The translations under genes were made by a program, and so were the position numbers. DNA of 24,380 nucleotides from a virus: the UHGV virus genome UHGV-0046270; one strand, written 5' to 3'. Of the stretch, positions 1 to 9,322 are shown piece by piece. Numbering within the stretch: position 1 is the stretch's first letter; each line of letters begins with the position of its first letter. The notes under the pieces were generated by a model. It saw only the letters and a program-made list of their open reading frames with translations, was not told where the DNA came from and did not search any database.

Positions 1-2
1 AT

Positions 3-39
3 CTTCCCCAAAACTTTCCCCAAAACCCTTCCCCAAAAC
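3..39. repeat. Three tandem 12-bp direct repeats (yTTCCCCAAAAC) immediately downstream of int; possible arm-type recombinase sites or attL-proximal repeats
   Basis: Read directly: cttccccaaaac at 3-14, tttccccaaaac at 15-26, cttccccaaaac at 28-39. Confidence 0.4.
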
Positions 40-49
40 TGGCTATTTT

Positions 50-1192
50 CTATGCTGTTTTGATATCTACGATAATCCAGTCTTTACCACGATCATCATT
101 GTATCGGTCGGTCATTTTTCTGGATTTATGACCTAACAACTTTTGCGTATCCAGACCCTGTTCCCGATATAACCGTTCTGACAGAGATCGCTGCTCATGA
201 AATGTGGGCGCAGTTCCTGGCTCCCATTTTATGCCACATTTTTCCCTGGCCTTTTTAAAAGCCGTTGTAAGAGTATTTGCAGACACCTGGTCTCCTCTGT
301 TTGCTTGAGAGGTAGTGTGACGGTAATGGACCAGATATTTACTAACAACAGCATCCCTGCACTGAGATATAACTTCACGAAGGGTAATATTCAGAGCATC
401 GCATTTCAGGTTAAGCGGAATAGCAAGTTTTGAACCGGTTTTTTCCTGAGTAATGTGCAACATGTCGTCCCAGATATCAGAGAATTTCAAATTGCAGATA
501 TCGCCTAAACGTTGTCCAGTGACAAGAGCAAGTAGCATCCCGCATTTTAAATAGGGCTGCCGTCTGCTTACGCTGTCAAATATTGCCTGCCATTCGGGCA
601 GTGATAATCTTTGGCGGTTTACTCGATTTCGCGGTTGTTTTGTTGCCTGCGCTGGGTTAAATCCTGGCGGAACATGTCCTGCGTGTTGTGCTTCTTTGAA
701 GACGTCGATCAACACCATTCTCACGACTTGCGCCATCCTGTTATGACCTTCAGCCTTTACAGCATCAATTATTTCGGCAATATCAAGTGCGGTAATATCC
801 TTGAGGTGTTGCATTCCACAATGCTCACGGAAAAGACGAATGGGTTTGCCTTTTTGCCGATAGGAGTTGGGTCTTAGTTCATTATGTTGCAGCCTGTCCT
901 CCTGGATAGAAATATATTTATCAAGCCATTCTGTCACCGTAATGTCTGAGCGCCTGCCTTTCATTCTTTCTAGACGCTCATTGACGCTTAATATTTGTCG
1001 GGTACGTTGTTCAGCAATAATGGTATTTGCTTCAGTAGCAACTTGTTTTGCTTCATTCTCATCAGTTCCTAAGCTATGAAAACGACCGGATAGTGGATGT
1101 TTGTATTGCCAATATACCTTTCCGGTTCGCTTATCTAATTTGCAATATAAATTGGGTATAGAGATTTTGTGAGATCGGGGTCTAGCAGCCAT
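50..1192 (-). CDS. int: Tyrosine integrase, lambda Int family
   Basis: 380-aa ORF; C-terminus LGHKSRKMTDRYNDDRGKDW resembles lambda Int LGHKSDTMASQYRDDRGREW (H-x-x-R and catalytic Y); overlaps xis by 11 nt as in lambda. Confidence 0.9.
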   Translation of the reverse strand: MAARPRSHKISIPNLYCKLDKRTGKVYWQYKHPLSGRFHSLGTDENEAKQVATEANTIIAEQRTRQILSVNERLERMKGRRSDITVTEWLDKYISIQEDRLQHNELRPNSYRQKGKPIRLFREHCGMQHLKDITALDIAEIIDAVKAEGHNRMAQVVRMVLIDVFKEAQHAGHVPPGFNPAQATKQPRNRVNRQRLSLPEWQAIFDSVSRRQPYLKCGMLLALVTGQRLGDICNLKFSDIWDDMLHITQEKTGSKLAIPLNLKCDALNITLREVISQCRDAVVSKYLVHYRHTTSQANRGDQVSANTLTTAFKKAREKCGIKWEPGTAPTFHEQRSLSERLYREQGLDTQKLLGHKSRKMTDRYNDDRGKDWIIVDIKTA

Positions 1193-1418
1193 CAGCGATT
1201 ATCCGTTGGAGTTTTGGGTTTGCGTTTATTGGGAGTTGCGGTTCTGCAAGCGTTCCTACAAAACGGGAATTTCGGTCAATCATCCAGTAGCGACCAACTT
1301 TTATAGCGGGTGGGGCCATCATTTTCCCTTGCGCGTATTTTTTCAGAACTCGCTCACTTGGTGCTAAGTCCCCAAATTCTTCTTTAGCCCAGTCCTGTAA
1401 AGTGATTAGTCGAGACAT
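1182..1418 (-). CDS. xis: Excisionase (Xis-like)
   Basis: 78-aa ORF directly upstream of and overlapping int; small basic protein with lambda-Xis-like layout. Confidence 0.65.
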   Translation of the reverse strand: MSRLITLQDWAKEEFGDLAPSERVLKKYAQGKMMAPPAIKVGRYWMIDRNSRFVGTLAEPQLPINANPKLQRIIADGC

Positions 1419-1557
1419 TTGTCCTCCTCTTAGCTGCTGAGGGAGTTTGTGACCGATATATCTGACATGATATTAAGCTCATGGCAGGTACATCTCTTGA
1501 CTGGTCATAGAGATAAATTTAATGCTGAGAAATGCAGTATTGAATTTATCAATTTTT

Positions 1558-1797
1558 CTATTTCCTGCGTATGGCACGTAACTTCTTAATGTGTTCTGCT
1601 GTTTCGATCTCTTCAGCTATCCGATCTGCGTCAGCTTTATTCACAGGTTCAAAGTCATGATTAAAGCGGAACATGCTGGCGATACATGTTCTGCCTTTTC
1701 GGATGTAGTGAACTTTGTTGTGAGTGGAACGCAGGATTTTGCAGGGAGTGCCGTGGTGGTCGACGTACCAGGTGTTAGGGTAAATCACTCTGAACAT
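1558..1797 (-). CDS. Hypothetical small phage protein (79 aa)
   Basis: ORF in leftward early operon between xis and accessory genes; no recognised motif. Confidence 0.4.
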   Translation of the reverse strand: MFRVIYPNTWYVDHHGTPCKILRSTHNKVHYIRKGRTCIASMFRFNHDFEPVNKADADRIAEEIETAEHIKKLRAIRRK

Positions 1798-1822
1798 TCT
1801 TGACCTTGTGTTGTGCGGATTG

Positions 1823-2107
1823 TTATTCAGTGCCGATATTTACCTTTATCGCGTATACCTTTACCGGTTTATCACCGAAGTGCGGATGTGTGATTGTCTT
1901 CACTTCATATCCGTCATACGGAACATCAACTCTGCGGCTGGAATCGTCGCGCTTCGGATATCCCTTTGTGATAATCAGGCGGTCATGCTTACGGTTAACG
2001 AGGCGCTTTTTCCAGTAGTCATTACACAGGCGATACTCTTCCGTTTTCTCTCCGCGAATCATGGCATCGAAGTATTCACCTTTAACGGCAAGTTGCAGGT
2101 TAGCCAC
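1823..2107 (-). CDS. Hypothetical protein, possibly ASCH/PUA-like; start set at GTG 2107
   Basis: ORF 1823-2191; GGAG then 6 nt before GTG at 2107, which overlaps the upstream stop (GTGGCTAA); upstream ATG would overlap the previous gene by 90 nt. Confidence 0.35.
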   Translation of the reverse strand: MANLQLAVKGEYFDAMIRGEKTEEYRLCNDYWKKRLVNRKHDRLIITKGYPKRDDSSRRVDVPYDGYEVKTITHPHFGDKPVKVYAIKVNIGTE

Positions 2108-2840
2108 GGTTAACTCCTTGCTGTGTGGCGTCGAGTAATAAATCCCACAACCGCTGAGAGCAATTTCCGCATGTACAGCGTTGACCCACAACGTTTATCG
2201 CGTTGCTGATTTCCGGCGTTACCTGTTTAGGAACCATAACCCAACCATCCGGAGTTACCGGAAGCGAGAACGGCAGCACATCTCTGTGAACAAGTTTTTG
2301 CTGTGACAGGTTATCCAGAACTTTCTGTACTGCTGCATCACCGAATACACCAAGCGCATCTGCCATAACTCCTACAACCTGATAAGCCTCAGCGCATACC
2401 GTGGATAAACCATCCGGAATTACCGGAGAGTTGCCGGGTTCTTTAATGTGCAAGCGAGGCTCACCATCTTTTGGCTCAGGCCACTGGCGCTCCATGTTGA
2501 TCTTCAATTTATCTTCCATAGCAACGGTAATTTCAGCATCGCTGATGCCAGCACGGCGCTGTGCATCCCACAACAGAAACTGCATATCAGCCCACTCGCT
2601 AAGATCGTCTGGTTCGGCTGCGGCTTCCAGTGCCTCTTTTGAGAGGTGTTTCAGTGGACCAATGGGGCCAACGCAGCCAAATGTGGAGTCAGACCATTTG
2701 GCATGCTCGTGGCGAATCTGTTCGCGTTCCAGTGATGCCAGTGCAATTCGTGCTAGTTCCATTTGTTCGCCACGAGTAAGCCCGTTTTCAAGCGGATTTT
2801 TAATGAACAATTCAATACGTTCTTTGGTAATAGTGGTCAT
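2100..2840 (-). CDS. Hypothetical phage accessory protein (246 aa)
   Basis: N-terminus (ELARIALASLERE) is paralogous to the 3599-3853 product (AYEIALASLEEN); carries NSPVIPDG motif shared with the 3048-3581 product. Confidence 0.5.
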   Translation of the reverse strand: MTTITKERIELFIKNPLENGLTRGEQMELARIALASLEREQIRHEHAKWSDSTFGCVGPIGPLKHLSKEALEAAAEPDDLSEWADMQFLLWDAQRRAGISDAEITVAMEDKLKINMERQWPEPKDGEPRLHIKEPGNSPVIPDGLSTVCAEAYQVVGVMADALGVFGDAAVQKVLDNLSQQKLVHRDVLPFSLPVTPDGWVMVPKQVTPEISNAINVVGQRCTCGNCSQRLWDLLLDATQQGVNRG

Positions 2841-3046
2841 GTGTTAATCCTCAAAACTTTATGCCCGGGCGCAAAAGTACGTGTTTTGTCTTTGCTTATT
2901 CGCCACCCGTCTTTACGGGCCTCTTTTGCACAACCAGACCATGACGTACCGATATACTCACCGAAGTCTGGCACTGGATATACACCTTCCGTACACTGGC
3001 GACAATCACAATAGAGATGCATGGTGTAACTTGCGGCAATAGCCAT
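2837..3046 (-). CDS. Hypothetical small Cys-rich protein
   Basis: ORF 2837-3088; ATG at 3046 lies 1 nt after the upstream stop (coupled); start uncertain. Confidence 0.3.
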   Translation of the reverse strand: MAIAASYTMHLYCDCRQCTEGVYPVPDFGEYIGTSWSGCAKEARKDGWRISKDKTRTFAPGHKVLRINT

Positions 3047-3047
3047 A

Positions 3048-3581
3048 TCACTCTCTTTTTCCCTGAAGCATGGCAGCGTGGCAGGCATCCTCTACGCCCT
3101 TAACTGCATCTGCGCAGTAGTTATAGCGATTGCATTCCACTAACTTCTGCCTGAGATTTTCAATTGCTTGCGCGACATCAGCCTGTATTACAGGAACTGG
3201 CGGAACGGCTGTCTGCTGCTCTCGAACGTCATTAGTCGCTATCGGTTCTGCTGCCAACTGACTGGCATATTTGTTAATGGTAACGATAAGCTCTTGCTCA
3301 GCCTCATCCAGACAATCACCGATACCTCGCCTGTCGCCGTCAAAATCATCGAAATCAGCACGAACTCTGGCAAATTTCAGGATTGCGGACAACACCTCAC
3401 CAGGAATTACCGGAGAGTTGGTTGACGTTTCCGAAATTTCCCGAAAATTATTGGTTGACGAATTCGCGTTTTCCCGAAAGTTTCCGGCATGAAGCATAGC
3501 CGCGCGGCAGGCGTTCCAGCCTCTCACCTCTGCAATAGCGGCAACAGCATCGACCGCGTACATGCTAAGAGGGTTAGGCAT
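3048..3581 (-). CDS. Hypothetical phage accessory protein (start uncertain)
   Basis: ORF 3048-3656; internal Met at 3581 avoids overlap with the upstream gene; contains NSPVIPGE motif and short TTTCCCGAAA-type DNA repeats. Confidence 0.4.
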   Translation of the reverse strand: MPNPLSMYAVDAVAAIAEVRGWNACRAAMLHAGNFRENANSSTNNFREISETSTNSPVIPGEVLSAILKFARVRADFDDFDGDRRGIGDCLDEAEQELIVTINKYASQLAAEPIATNDVREQQTAVPPVPVIQADVAQAIENLRQKLVECNRYNYCADAVKGVEDACHAAMLQGKRE

Positions 3582-3598
3582 TGGTTTTTCTTCAGGTA

Positions 3599-3853
3599 CT
3601 ACTGGCACTGGCTTGGCATATATAGCGGCTGAACATACCAACCCTTTGATAACCAACTGTCAGCAATGTTTTTACTCCTCGTTATTGCCGGAATACCTAA
3701 GCCATTGTCTGAATGCAGCCATGCCACCGGATTCTCTTCCAGCGATGCCAGAGCAATTTCATAAGCCCGGCGCTCAACATTGTCTCGCACATCCAAACTG
3801 CTGATACGCTCTTTGATTTCTTTAATCAGTTCTTTGTCGGTAAAAGTGCTCAT
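3599..3853 (-). CDS. Hypothetical phage protein (84 aa), N-terminal paralog of the 2100-2840 product
   Basis: ATG at 3853 is 1 nt after the stop of the 3855-4619 gene; N-terminal similarity to the 246-aa protein. Confidence 0.45.
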   Translation of the reverse strand: MSTFTDKELIKEIKERISSLDVRDNVERRAYEIALASLEENPVAWLHSDNGLGIPAITRSKNIADSWLSKGWYVQPLYMPSQCQ

Positions 3854-3854
3854 A

Positions 3855-4619
3855 TCAATCTCCATTGGTATCAATGTTTACAGCCTGACAAGACTCTTTG
3901 AGCACCCAGTCAATAGCGTCTTTCCATGCCTCTGTTTCGACTGGTGGATTTTCACGCTTAACCTGTTCATAGAAGCGCACTGCTTTAACCAGTCCTTCCG
4001 GTACTACTGGTGATGGCTGTTTAGCTTCTAAATCAGCAATTCTGTCAACCACGGCATCGACAGCATCTGAAAAGCCGAACCAGTTGCTCCACTCCGGCTC
4101 ATCCCCGGTTGCTGCAAAGTACATATCTGCTAAAGCAGATTCAGCATGGTCACGCTCGTTAATGAGTTGCTCTTCGCTTTTCTCCAGTTCAGCAATACGC
4201 TTACCCCCATCCGAGATAACACCTTCGTAATACTCACGCTGCTCGTTGAGTTTTGATTTTGTCTCCTCAAGCTCAACTCTCAGCTTCCCAACAGTAAGAG
4301 CAATATCCTCGTTCTCCTGGTCGCGGCGTTTTATGTATTGCTGGTTTCTTTCCCGTTCATCCAGCAGTGCCAGCACAGTAGCCGGATTGGCTGCGGCGAT
4401 GAATTCAGCATTGGCCTGCTGTTCCATTTGGAAATCTTCATCGAAACCGCTTTCTGGATGCGCTCCTTCAATTCTGCAAATGGGAATATATCCAGCAACT
4501 TCACGATGAATTAGCGCATAATCACCATCAAATCGGCTCTCTCCATATTCGAGCGACCACTCACCACACGTTGCTTTTTCTGCCGCTTCACGCAGTGCCT
4601 GATAGTTAATTTCGCTCAC
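3855..4619 (-). CDS. Coiled-coil phage protein, possibly Ead/Ea22-like family
   Basis: 254-aa ORF with a long charged heptad-like central region (LEETKSKLNEQREYYE...ELEKSEEQLINERD); family assignment from memory of prophage annotations only. Confidence 0.5.
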   Translation of the reverse strand: MSEINYQALREAAEKATCGEWSLEYGESRFDGDYALIHREVAGYIPICRIEGAHPESGFDEDFQMEQQANAEFIAAANPATVLALLDERERNQQYIKRRDQENEDIALTVGKLRVELEETKSKLNEQREYYEGVISDGGKRIAELEKSEEQLINERDHAESALADMYFAATGDEPEWSNWFGFSDAVDAVVDRIADLEAKQPSPVVPEGLVKAVRFYEQVKRENPPVETEAWKDAIDWVLKESCQAVNIDTNGD

Positions 4620-4837
4620 TTCGAACCTCTCTGTTTACTGATAAGCTCCAGATCCTCCTGGCAACTTGCACAAGTCCGACAACCCTGAACGACCAGGCGT
4701 CTTCGTTCATCTATGGGATCGCCACACTCACAACAATGAGTGGCGGATATAGTCTGGTAGTTCAGACGACGCATTTTTATTGCTGTATTGCGCTGTAATT
4801 CTTCAATTTCTGATGCTGAATCAATGATGTCCGCCAT
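4616..4837 (-). CDS. TraR/DksA-family C4 zinc-finger protein
   Basis: 73 aa; CxxC-(17)-CxxC (CCECGDPIDERRRLVVQGCRTCASC) typical of phage TraR-like proteins. Confidence 0.7.
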   Translation of the reverse strand: MADIIDSASEIEELQRNTAIKMRRLNYQTISATHCCECGDPIDERRRLVVQGCRTCASCQEDLELISKQRGSK

Positions 4838-4889
4838 CTTTCATTAATCCCTGAATTGTTGGTTAATACGCTTGAGGGTGAATGCGAAT

Positions 4890-4913
4890 AATAAAAAAGG
4901 AGCCTGTAGCTCC
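4890..4913 (-). terminator. Putative intrinsic terminator within the leftward operon
   Basis: Hairpin ggagc-ctgta-gctcc (4899-4913) with A6 on the plus strand (U-run on minus) at 4893-4898. Confidence 0.4.
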
Positions 4914-4935
4914 CTGATGATTTTGCTTTTCATGT

Positions 4936-5217
4936 TCACCGTTCCTTAAAGACGCCGTTTAACATGCCGATCGCCAGGCTTAAATGAGTCGGTGTGAATC
5001 CCATCAGCGTTACCGTTTCGCGGTGCTTCTTTAGTACGCTACGGCAAATGTCATCGACGTTTTTATCCGGAAACTGCTGTCTGGCTTTTTTGATTTCAGA
5101 ATTAGCCTGACGGGCAATGCTGCGAAGGGCGTTTTCTTGCTGAGGTGTCACTGAACAAGCCCCATGTCGGCAAGCATAAGCACACAGAATATGAAGCCCG
5201 CTGCCAGAAAAATGCAT
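4936..5217 (-). CDS. Hypothetical protein (93 aa) in the lambda orf61 position
   Basis: ORF just downstream of the orf63-like gene; identity not recognised. Confidence 0.35.
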   Translation of the reverse strand: MHFSGSGLHILCAYACRHGACSVTPQQENALRSIARQANSEIKKARQQFPDKNVDDICRSVLKKHRETVTLMGFTPTHLSLAIGMLNGVFKER

Positions 5218-5227
5218 TCAGTGGTTG

Positions 5228-5419
5228 TCATACCTGGTCTCTCTCATCTGCTTCTGCTTTCGCCACCATCATTTCCAGCTTTTGTGAAAGGGATGTGGCT
5301 AACGTATGAAATTCTTCGTCTGTTTCTACTGGTATTGGCACAAACCTGACTCCAATTTGAGCAAGGCTATGTGCCATCTCAATACTCGTTCTTAACTCAA
5401 CAGGAGATGCTTTGTGCAT
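5228..5419 (-). CDS. Lambda orf63-like protein (63 aa)
   Basis: Size and position relative to exo match lambda orf63 (recalled lambda map); sequence not independently recognised. Confidence 0.5.
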   Translation of the reverse strand: MHKASPVELRTSIEMAHSLAQIGVRFVPIPVETDEEFHTLATSLSQKLEMMVAKAEADERDQV

Positions 5420-5574
5420 ACCGCCTCCCGTTTATTATTTATCTTCTCAGCCAGCCGCTGTGCTTTCAGTGGATTTCTGATAACAGAAAGGCCGGGAAAT
5501 ACCCAGCCTCGCTTTGTAACGGAGTAGACGAAAGTGATCGCGCCTACCCGGATATTATCGTGAGGATGCGTCAT
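5392..5574 (-). CDS. Lambda orf60a-like protein (60 aa)
   Basis: 60 aa from second Met; 4-nt overlap with exo as in lambda. Confidence 0.5.
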   Translation of the reverse strand: MTHPHDNIRVGAITFVYSVTKRGWVFPGLSVIRNPLKAQRLAEKINNKREAVCTKHLLLS

Positions 5575-6251
5575 CGCCATTGCTCCCCAAATACAAAACT
5601 AATTTCAGCCAGTGCCTCGTCCATTTTTTCGATGAACTCCGGCACCATCTCGTCAAAACTCGCCATGTACTTTTCATCCCGCTCAACCACGACATAATGC
5701 AGTCCTTCACGCTTCATACGCGGGTCATAGTTGGCAAAGTACCAGGCATCTTTTCGCGTCACCCACATGCTGTACTGCACCTGGGCCATGTAAGCCGATT
5801 TTATGGCCTCGAAACCACCGAGCCGGAACTTCATGAAATCCCGGGAGGTAAACGGGCATTTCAGCTCAAGGCCGTTGCCGTCACTGCATAAACCATCGGG
5901 AGAGCAGGCGGTGCGCATACTTTCGTCGCGATAGATGATCGGGGATTCAGTAACATTCACGCCGGAAGTAAACTCAAACAGGGCTCTGGCGTCGTTCTCG
6001 TACTGTTTTCCCCAAGCCAGCGCCTTAGCGTTAACTTCCGGAGCCACACCGGTGCAAACCTCAGCAAGCAGGGTGTGGAAGTAGGACATTTTCATGTCAG
6101 GCCATTTCTTTCCGGAGCGGGGTTTTGCTATCACGTTGTGAACTTCTGAAGCGGTGATGACGCCGAGCCGTAATTTGTGCCATGCATCATCCCCCTGTTC
6201 GACAGCTCTCACGTCGATCCCGGTACGCTGCAGGATAATGTCCGGTGTCAT
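5571..6251 (-). CDS. exo: Lambda exonuclease (Red-alpha)
   Basis: 226-aa product matches remembered lambda Exo essentially throughout ([37 protein letters not shown]...). Confidence 0.95.
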   Translation of the reverse strand: MTPDIILQRTGIDVRAVEQGDDAWHKLRLGVITASEVHNVIAKPRSGKKWPDMKMSYFHTLLAEVCTGVAPEVNAKALAWGKQYENDARALFEFTSGVNVTESPIIYRDESMRTACSPDGLCSDGNGLELKCPFTSRDFMKFRLGGFEAIKSAYMAQVQYSMWVTRKDAWYFANYDPRMKREGLHYVVVERDEKYMASFDEMVPEFIEKMDEALAEISFVFGEQWR

Positions 6252-7033
6252 GCTGCCACCTTCTGCTCAGTGGCTTTCTGTTTCAGGAATCCAAGAGCTT
6301 TCACTGCTTCGGCCTGTGTCAGTTCTGACGATGCGCGAATGTCGCGGCGAAATATCTGGGAACAGAGCGGCAATAAGTCGTCATCCCATGTTTTATCCAG
6401 GGCGATCAGCAGAGTGTTAATCTCCTGCATGGTTTCATCGTTAACCGGAGTGATGTCGCGTTCCGGCTGACGTTCTGCAGTGTATGCGGTATTTTCGACA
6501 ATGCGCTCGGCTTCATCCTTGTCATAGATACCAGCAAATCCGAAGGCGAGACGGGCACACTGAATCATGGCTTTATGCCGTAACATCCGTTTGGGATGCG
6601 ACTGCCACGGCCCCGTGATTTCTCTGCCTTCGCGGGTTTTGAATGGTTCGCGGCGGCATTCATCCATCCACTCGGTAACGCAGATCGGATGATTGCGGTC
6701 TTTGCGGTAAATCCGGCATGTACATGATTCATTGTCCTGCTCAAAGTCCATACCATCAAACTGCTGGTTTTCATTGATGATGCGGGACCAGCCATCAACG
6801 CCCACCACCGGAACAATGCCGTTCTGCTTATCAGGGAAGGCGTAAATTTCTTTCGTCCACGGATTAAGGCCGTACTGGTTGGCGACGATCAACAATGCGA
6901 TGAACTGCGCATCGCTGGCATCACCTTTAAATGCCGTCTGGCGAAGAGTGGTGATCAGTTCCTGTGGGTCGACAGAATCCATGCCGACACGTTCAGCCAG
7001 CTTCCCTGCCAGCGTTGCGAGTGCTGTACTCAT
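6248..7033 (-). CDS. bet: Red-beta single-strand annealing protein
   Basis: 261-aa product matches remembered lambda Bet ([66 protein letters not shown]...). Confidence 0.95.
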   Translation of the reverse strand: MSTALATLAGKLAERVGMDSVDPQELITTLRQTAFKGDASDAQFIALLIVANQYGLNPWTKEIYAFPDKQNGIVPVVGVDGWSRIINENQQFDGMDFEQDNESCTCRIYRKDRNHPICVTEWMDECRREPFKTREGREITGPWQSHPKRMLRHKAMIQCARLAFGFAGIYDKDEAERIVENTAYTAERQPERDITPVNDETMQEINTLLIALDKTWDDDLLPLCSQIFRRDIRASSELTQAEAVKALGFLKQKATEQKVAA

Positions 7034-7038
7034 CCGTT

Positions 7039-7335
7039 TTATACCTCTGAATCAATATCAGCCTGATGGTGAGCAATGGTTTCAACTATGTACCGGATGT
7101 GTTCTGCCATGCGCTCCTGAAACTCAACATCGTCATCAAACGCACGGGTAATGGCTTTTTTGCTGGCCCCGTGGCGTTGTAAATGATCGATGCATAGCGA
7201 TTCAAACAGGTGCTGGGGCAGGCCTTTTTCCATGTCGTCTGCCAGTTCTGCCTCTTTCTCTTCACGGGCGATCTGCTGGTAGTGACGCGCCCAGCTCTGA
7301 GCCTCAAGACGATCCTGAATGTAATAAGCGTTCAT
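7039..7335 (-). CDS. gam: Gam (RecBCD inhibitor), short 98-aa form only
   Basis: [60 protein letters not shown]... matches lambda GamS; the upstream long-form start is out of frame (see findings). Confidence 0.85.
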   Translation of the reverse strand: MNAYYIQDRLEAQSWARHYQQIAREEKEAELADDMEKGLPQHLFESLCIDHLQRHGASKKAITRAFDDDVEFQERMAEHIRYIVETIAHHQADIDSEV

Positions 7336-7410
7336 GGCTGAACTCCTGAAAATGGCTGTGAAAATATCGCCCGCGAAATGCCAGGCTGATTAGGAAAACA
7401 GGAAAGGGGG

Positions 7411-7554
7411 TTAGTGAATGCTTTTGCTTGATCTCAGTTTCAGTATTAATATCCATTTTTTATAAGCGTCGACGGCCTCACGAAACATCTTTTCATCGCC
7501 AATAAAAGTGGCGATAGTGAATTTAGTCTGGATAGCCATAATTGTTTGATCCAT
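7411..7554 (-). CDS. kil: Kil (host killing / FtsZ inhibitor)
   Basis: 47-aa [47 protein letters not shown] from ATG at 7554; matches remembered lambda Kil. Confidence 0.8.
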   Translation of the reverse strand: MDQTIMAIQTKFTIATFIGDEKMFREAVDAYKKWILILKLRSSKSIH

Positions 7555-7687
7555 TTTTTGGGACTCCTGGCTGATTAAGTATGTCGATAAGGCGTTTCCA
7601 TCCGTCACGTAATTTACGGGTGATTCGTTCAAGTAAAGATTCGGAAGGGCAGCCAGCAACAGGCCACCCTGCAATGGCATATTGCAT
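7523..7687 (-). CDS. cIII: cIII (FtsH inhibitor)
   Basis: Manual translation from ATG at 7687 gives 54 aa [54 protein letters not shown], matching lambda cIII; overlaps the kil start in another frame as in lambda. Confidence 0.8.
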   Translation of the reverse strand: MQYAIAGWPVAGCPSESLLERITRKLRDGWKRLIDILNQPGVPKNGSNNYGYPD

Positions 7688-7759
7688 GGTGTGCTCCTTA
7701 TTTATACATAACGAAAAACGCCTCGAGTGAAGCGTAATTGGTATGCGGTAACGCCGCGC

Positions 7760-8128
7760 TCAGGCGGCCTTGATAGTCATATCATCTGAATCAAATATTC
7801 CTGATGTATCGATATCGGTAATTCTTATTCCTTCACTACCATCCATTGGAGGCCATCCTTCCTGACCATTTCCATCATTCCAGTCGAACTCACACACAAC
7901 ACCATATGCATTTAAGTCGCTTGAAATTGCTATAAGCAGAGCATGTTGCGCCAGCATGATTAATACAGCATTTAATACAGAGCCGTGTTTATTGAGTCGG
8001 TATTCAGAGTCTGACCAGAAATTATTAATCTGGTGAAGTTTTTCCTCTGTCATTACGTCATGGTCAATTTCAATTTCTATTGATGCTTTCCAGTCGTAAT
8101 CAATGATGTATTTTTTGATGTTTGACAT
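7760..8128 (-). CDS. ea10: Ea10-like protein (122 aa)
   Basis: Size and position between cIII and ral match lambda ea10; acidic C-terminus. Confidence 0.65.
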   Translation of the reverse strand: MSNIKKYIIDYDWKASIEIEIDHDVMTEEKLHQINNFWSDSEYRLNKHGSVLNAVLIMLAQHALLIAISSDLNAYGVVCEFDWNDGNGQEGWPPMDGSEGIRITDIDTSGIFDSDDMTIKAA

Positions 8129-8310
8129 CTATTCATATCCTCATAGATAAAAAATCGCCCTCACACTGGAGGGCAAAGAAGATTTCCAATAATCAGAACA
8201 AGTCGGCTCCTGTTTAGTTACGAGCGACATTGCTCCGTGTATTCACTCGTTGGAATGAATACACAGTGCAGTGTTTATTCTGTTATTTATGCCAAAAATA
8301 AAGGCCACTA

Positions 8311-8511
8311 TCAGGCAGCTTTGTTGTTCTGTTTACCAAGTTCTCTGGCAATCATTGCCGTCGTTCGTATTGCCCATTTATCGACATATTTCCCATCTTC
8401 CATTACAGGAAACATTTCTTCAGGCTTAACCATGCATTCCGATTGCAGCTTGCATCCATTGCATCGTTTGAATTGTCCACACCATTGATTTGTATCAATA
8501 GTCGTAGTCAT
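8311..8511 (-). CDS. ral: Ral restriction-alleviation protein
   Basis: 66-aa MTTTIDTNQWCGQFKRCNGCKLQSECMVKPEEMFPVMEDGKYVDKWAIRTTAMIARELGKQNNKAA matches remembered lambda Ral. Confidence 0.85.
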   Translation of the reverse strand: MTTTIDTNQWCGQFKRCNGCKLQSECMVKPEEMFPVMEDGKYVDKWAIRTTAMIARELGKQNNKAA

Positions 8512-8724
8512 ACGGATAGTCCTGGTATTGTTCCATCACATCTTGAGGATGCTCTTCGAACTCTTCAAATTCTTCTTCCATATATCACCTTAAATAGTGG
8601 ATTGCGGTAGTAAAGATTGTGCCTGTCTTTTAACCACATCAGGCTCGGTGGTTCTCGTGTACCCCTACAACGAGAAATCGGATAAACTCTATTCACCCCT
8701 ACAGAGAGCAAAAGAGAAACGCCG

Positions 8725-9306
8725 ATGAACAACTCATGGTGGCAGGAACTAATGCATTTTTTCCTGCAAGGAATGACACTTAAACAGTTGATTCATATGC
8801 TAATCATCCTGATCATATTGATTATTGTTATGCCGGTAAGCGTAAAAGAATGGATAAACCTGCATAGTCCAGAAATCCTTCCTCATTACTGGATGTATTA
8901 CATCCTGTTGTTTTGCGTTAGCTATGTGCTTAACGGCGTTGTTAATTCCGCTTATCACGCTGTGACTGAAAGAATTGAGGTATTCGCTGCTCAGAAGCGC
9001 AAATCTAAAGAAGAAAAATATGTGCAAGATTTGTTTGATTCGTTAACTCTTGGAGAAAGAGCGTATTTGGCATTCGCTGTAGCCGCTAATAACCAGCTAC
9101 AAACGGAAAAGGGCGCTCATGAATCAATTTCATTGCTCAAAAAAGGACTCCTCGTTCGAAGGCCTCCTGCTGTTGGATATCCTGATACCGACCGTTTCGT
9201 TATCCCTGAAAGCTATAGACATGAGTGCTACATTAGGTTTGCCGGGAAGGCAGACAGCCTTATGGATGAACTTATCGCTCAGGATAAGCATGGCAAAAAC
9301 AAGTAA
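8725..9306 (+). CDS. sieB: SieB superinfection exclusion membrane protein
   Basis: 193-aa product with hydrophobic N-terminal segments (LIHMLIILIILIIVMPV, YWMYYILLFCVSYVL); plus-strand gene between ral and N as in lambda. Confidence 0.75.
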   Translation: MNNSWWQELMHFFLQGMTLKQLIHMLIILIILIIVMPVSVKEWINLHSPEILPHYWMYYILLFCVSYVLNGVVNSAYHAVTERIEVFAAQKRKSKEEKYVQDLFDSLTLGERAYLAFAVAANNQLQTEKGAHESISLLKKGLLVRRPPAVGYPDTDRFVIPESYRHECYIRFAGKADSLMDELIAQDKHGKNK

Positions 9307-9322
9307 TTAGCAAATGAATTTA

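Noticed and set aside
197-1079. Plus-strand ORFs of 78, 88 and 70 aa
   Set aside because: All antisense within the integrase gene; shadow ORFs.
2401-2847. 148-aa plus-strand ORF
   Set aside because: Antisense to the 246-aa leftward gene in an operon transcribed uniformly on the minus strand.
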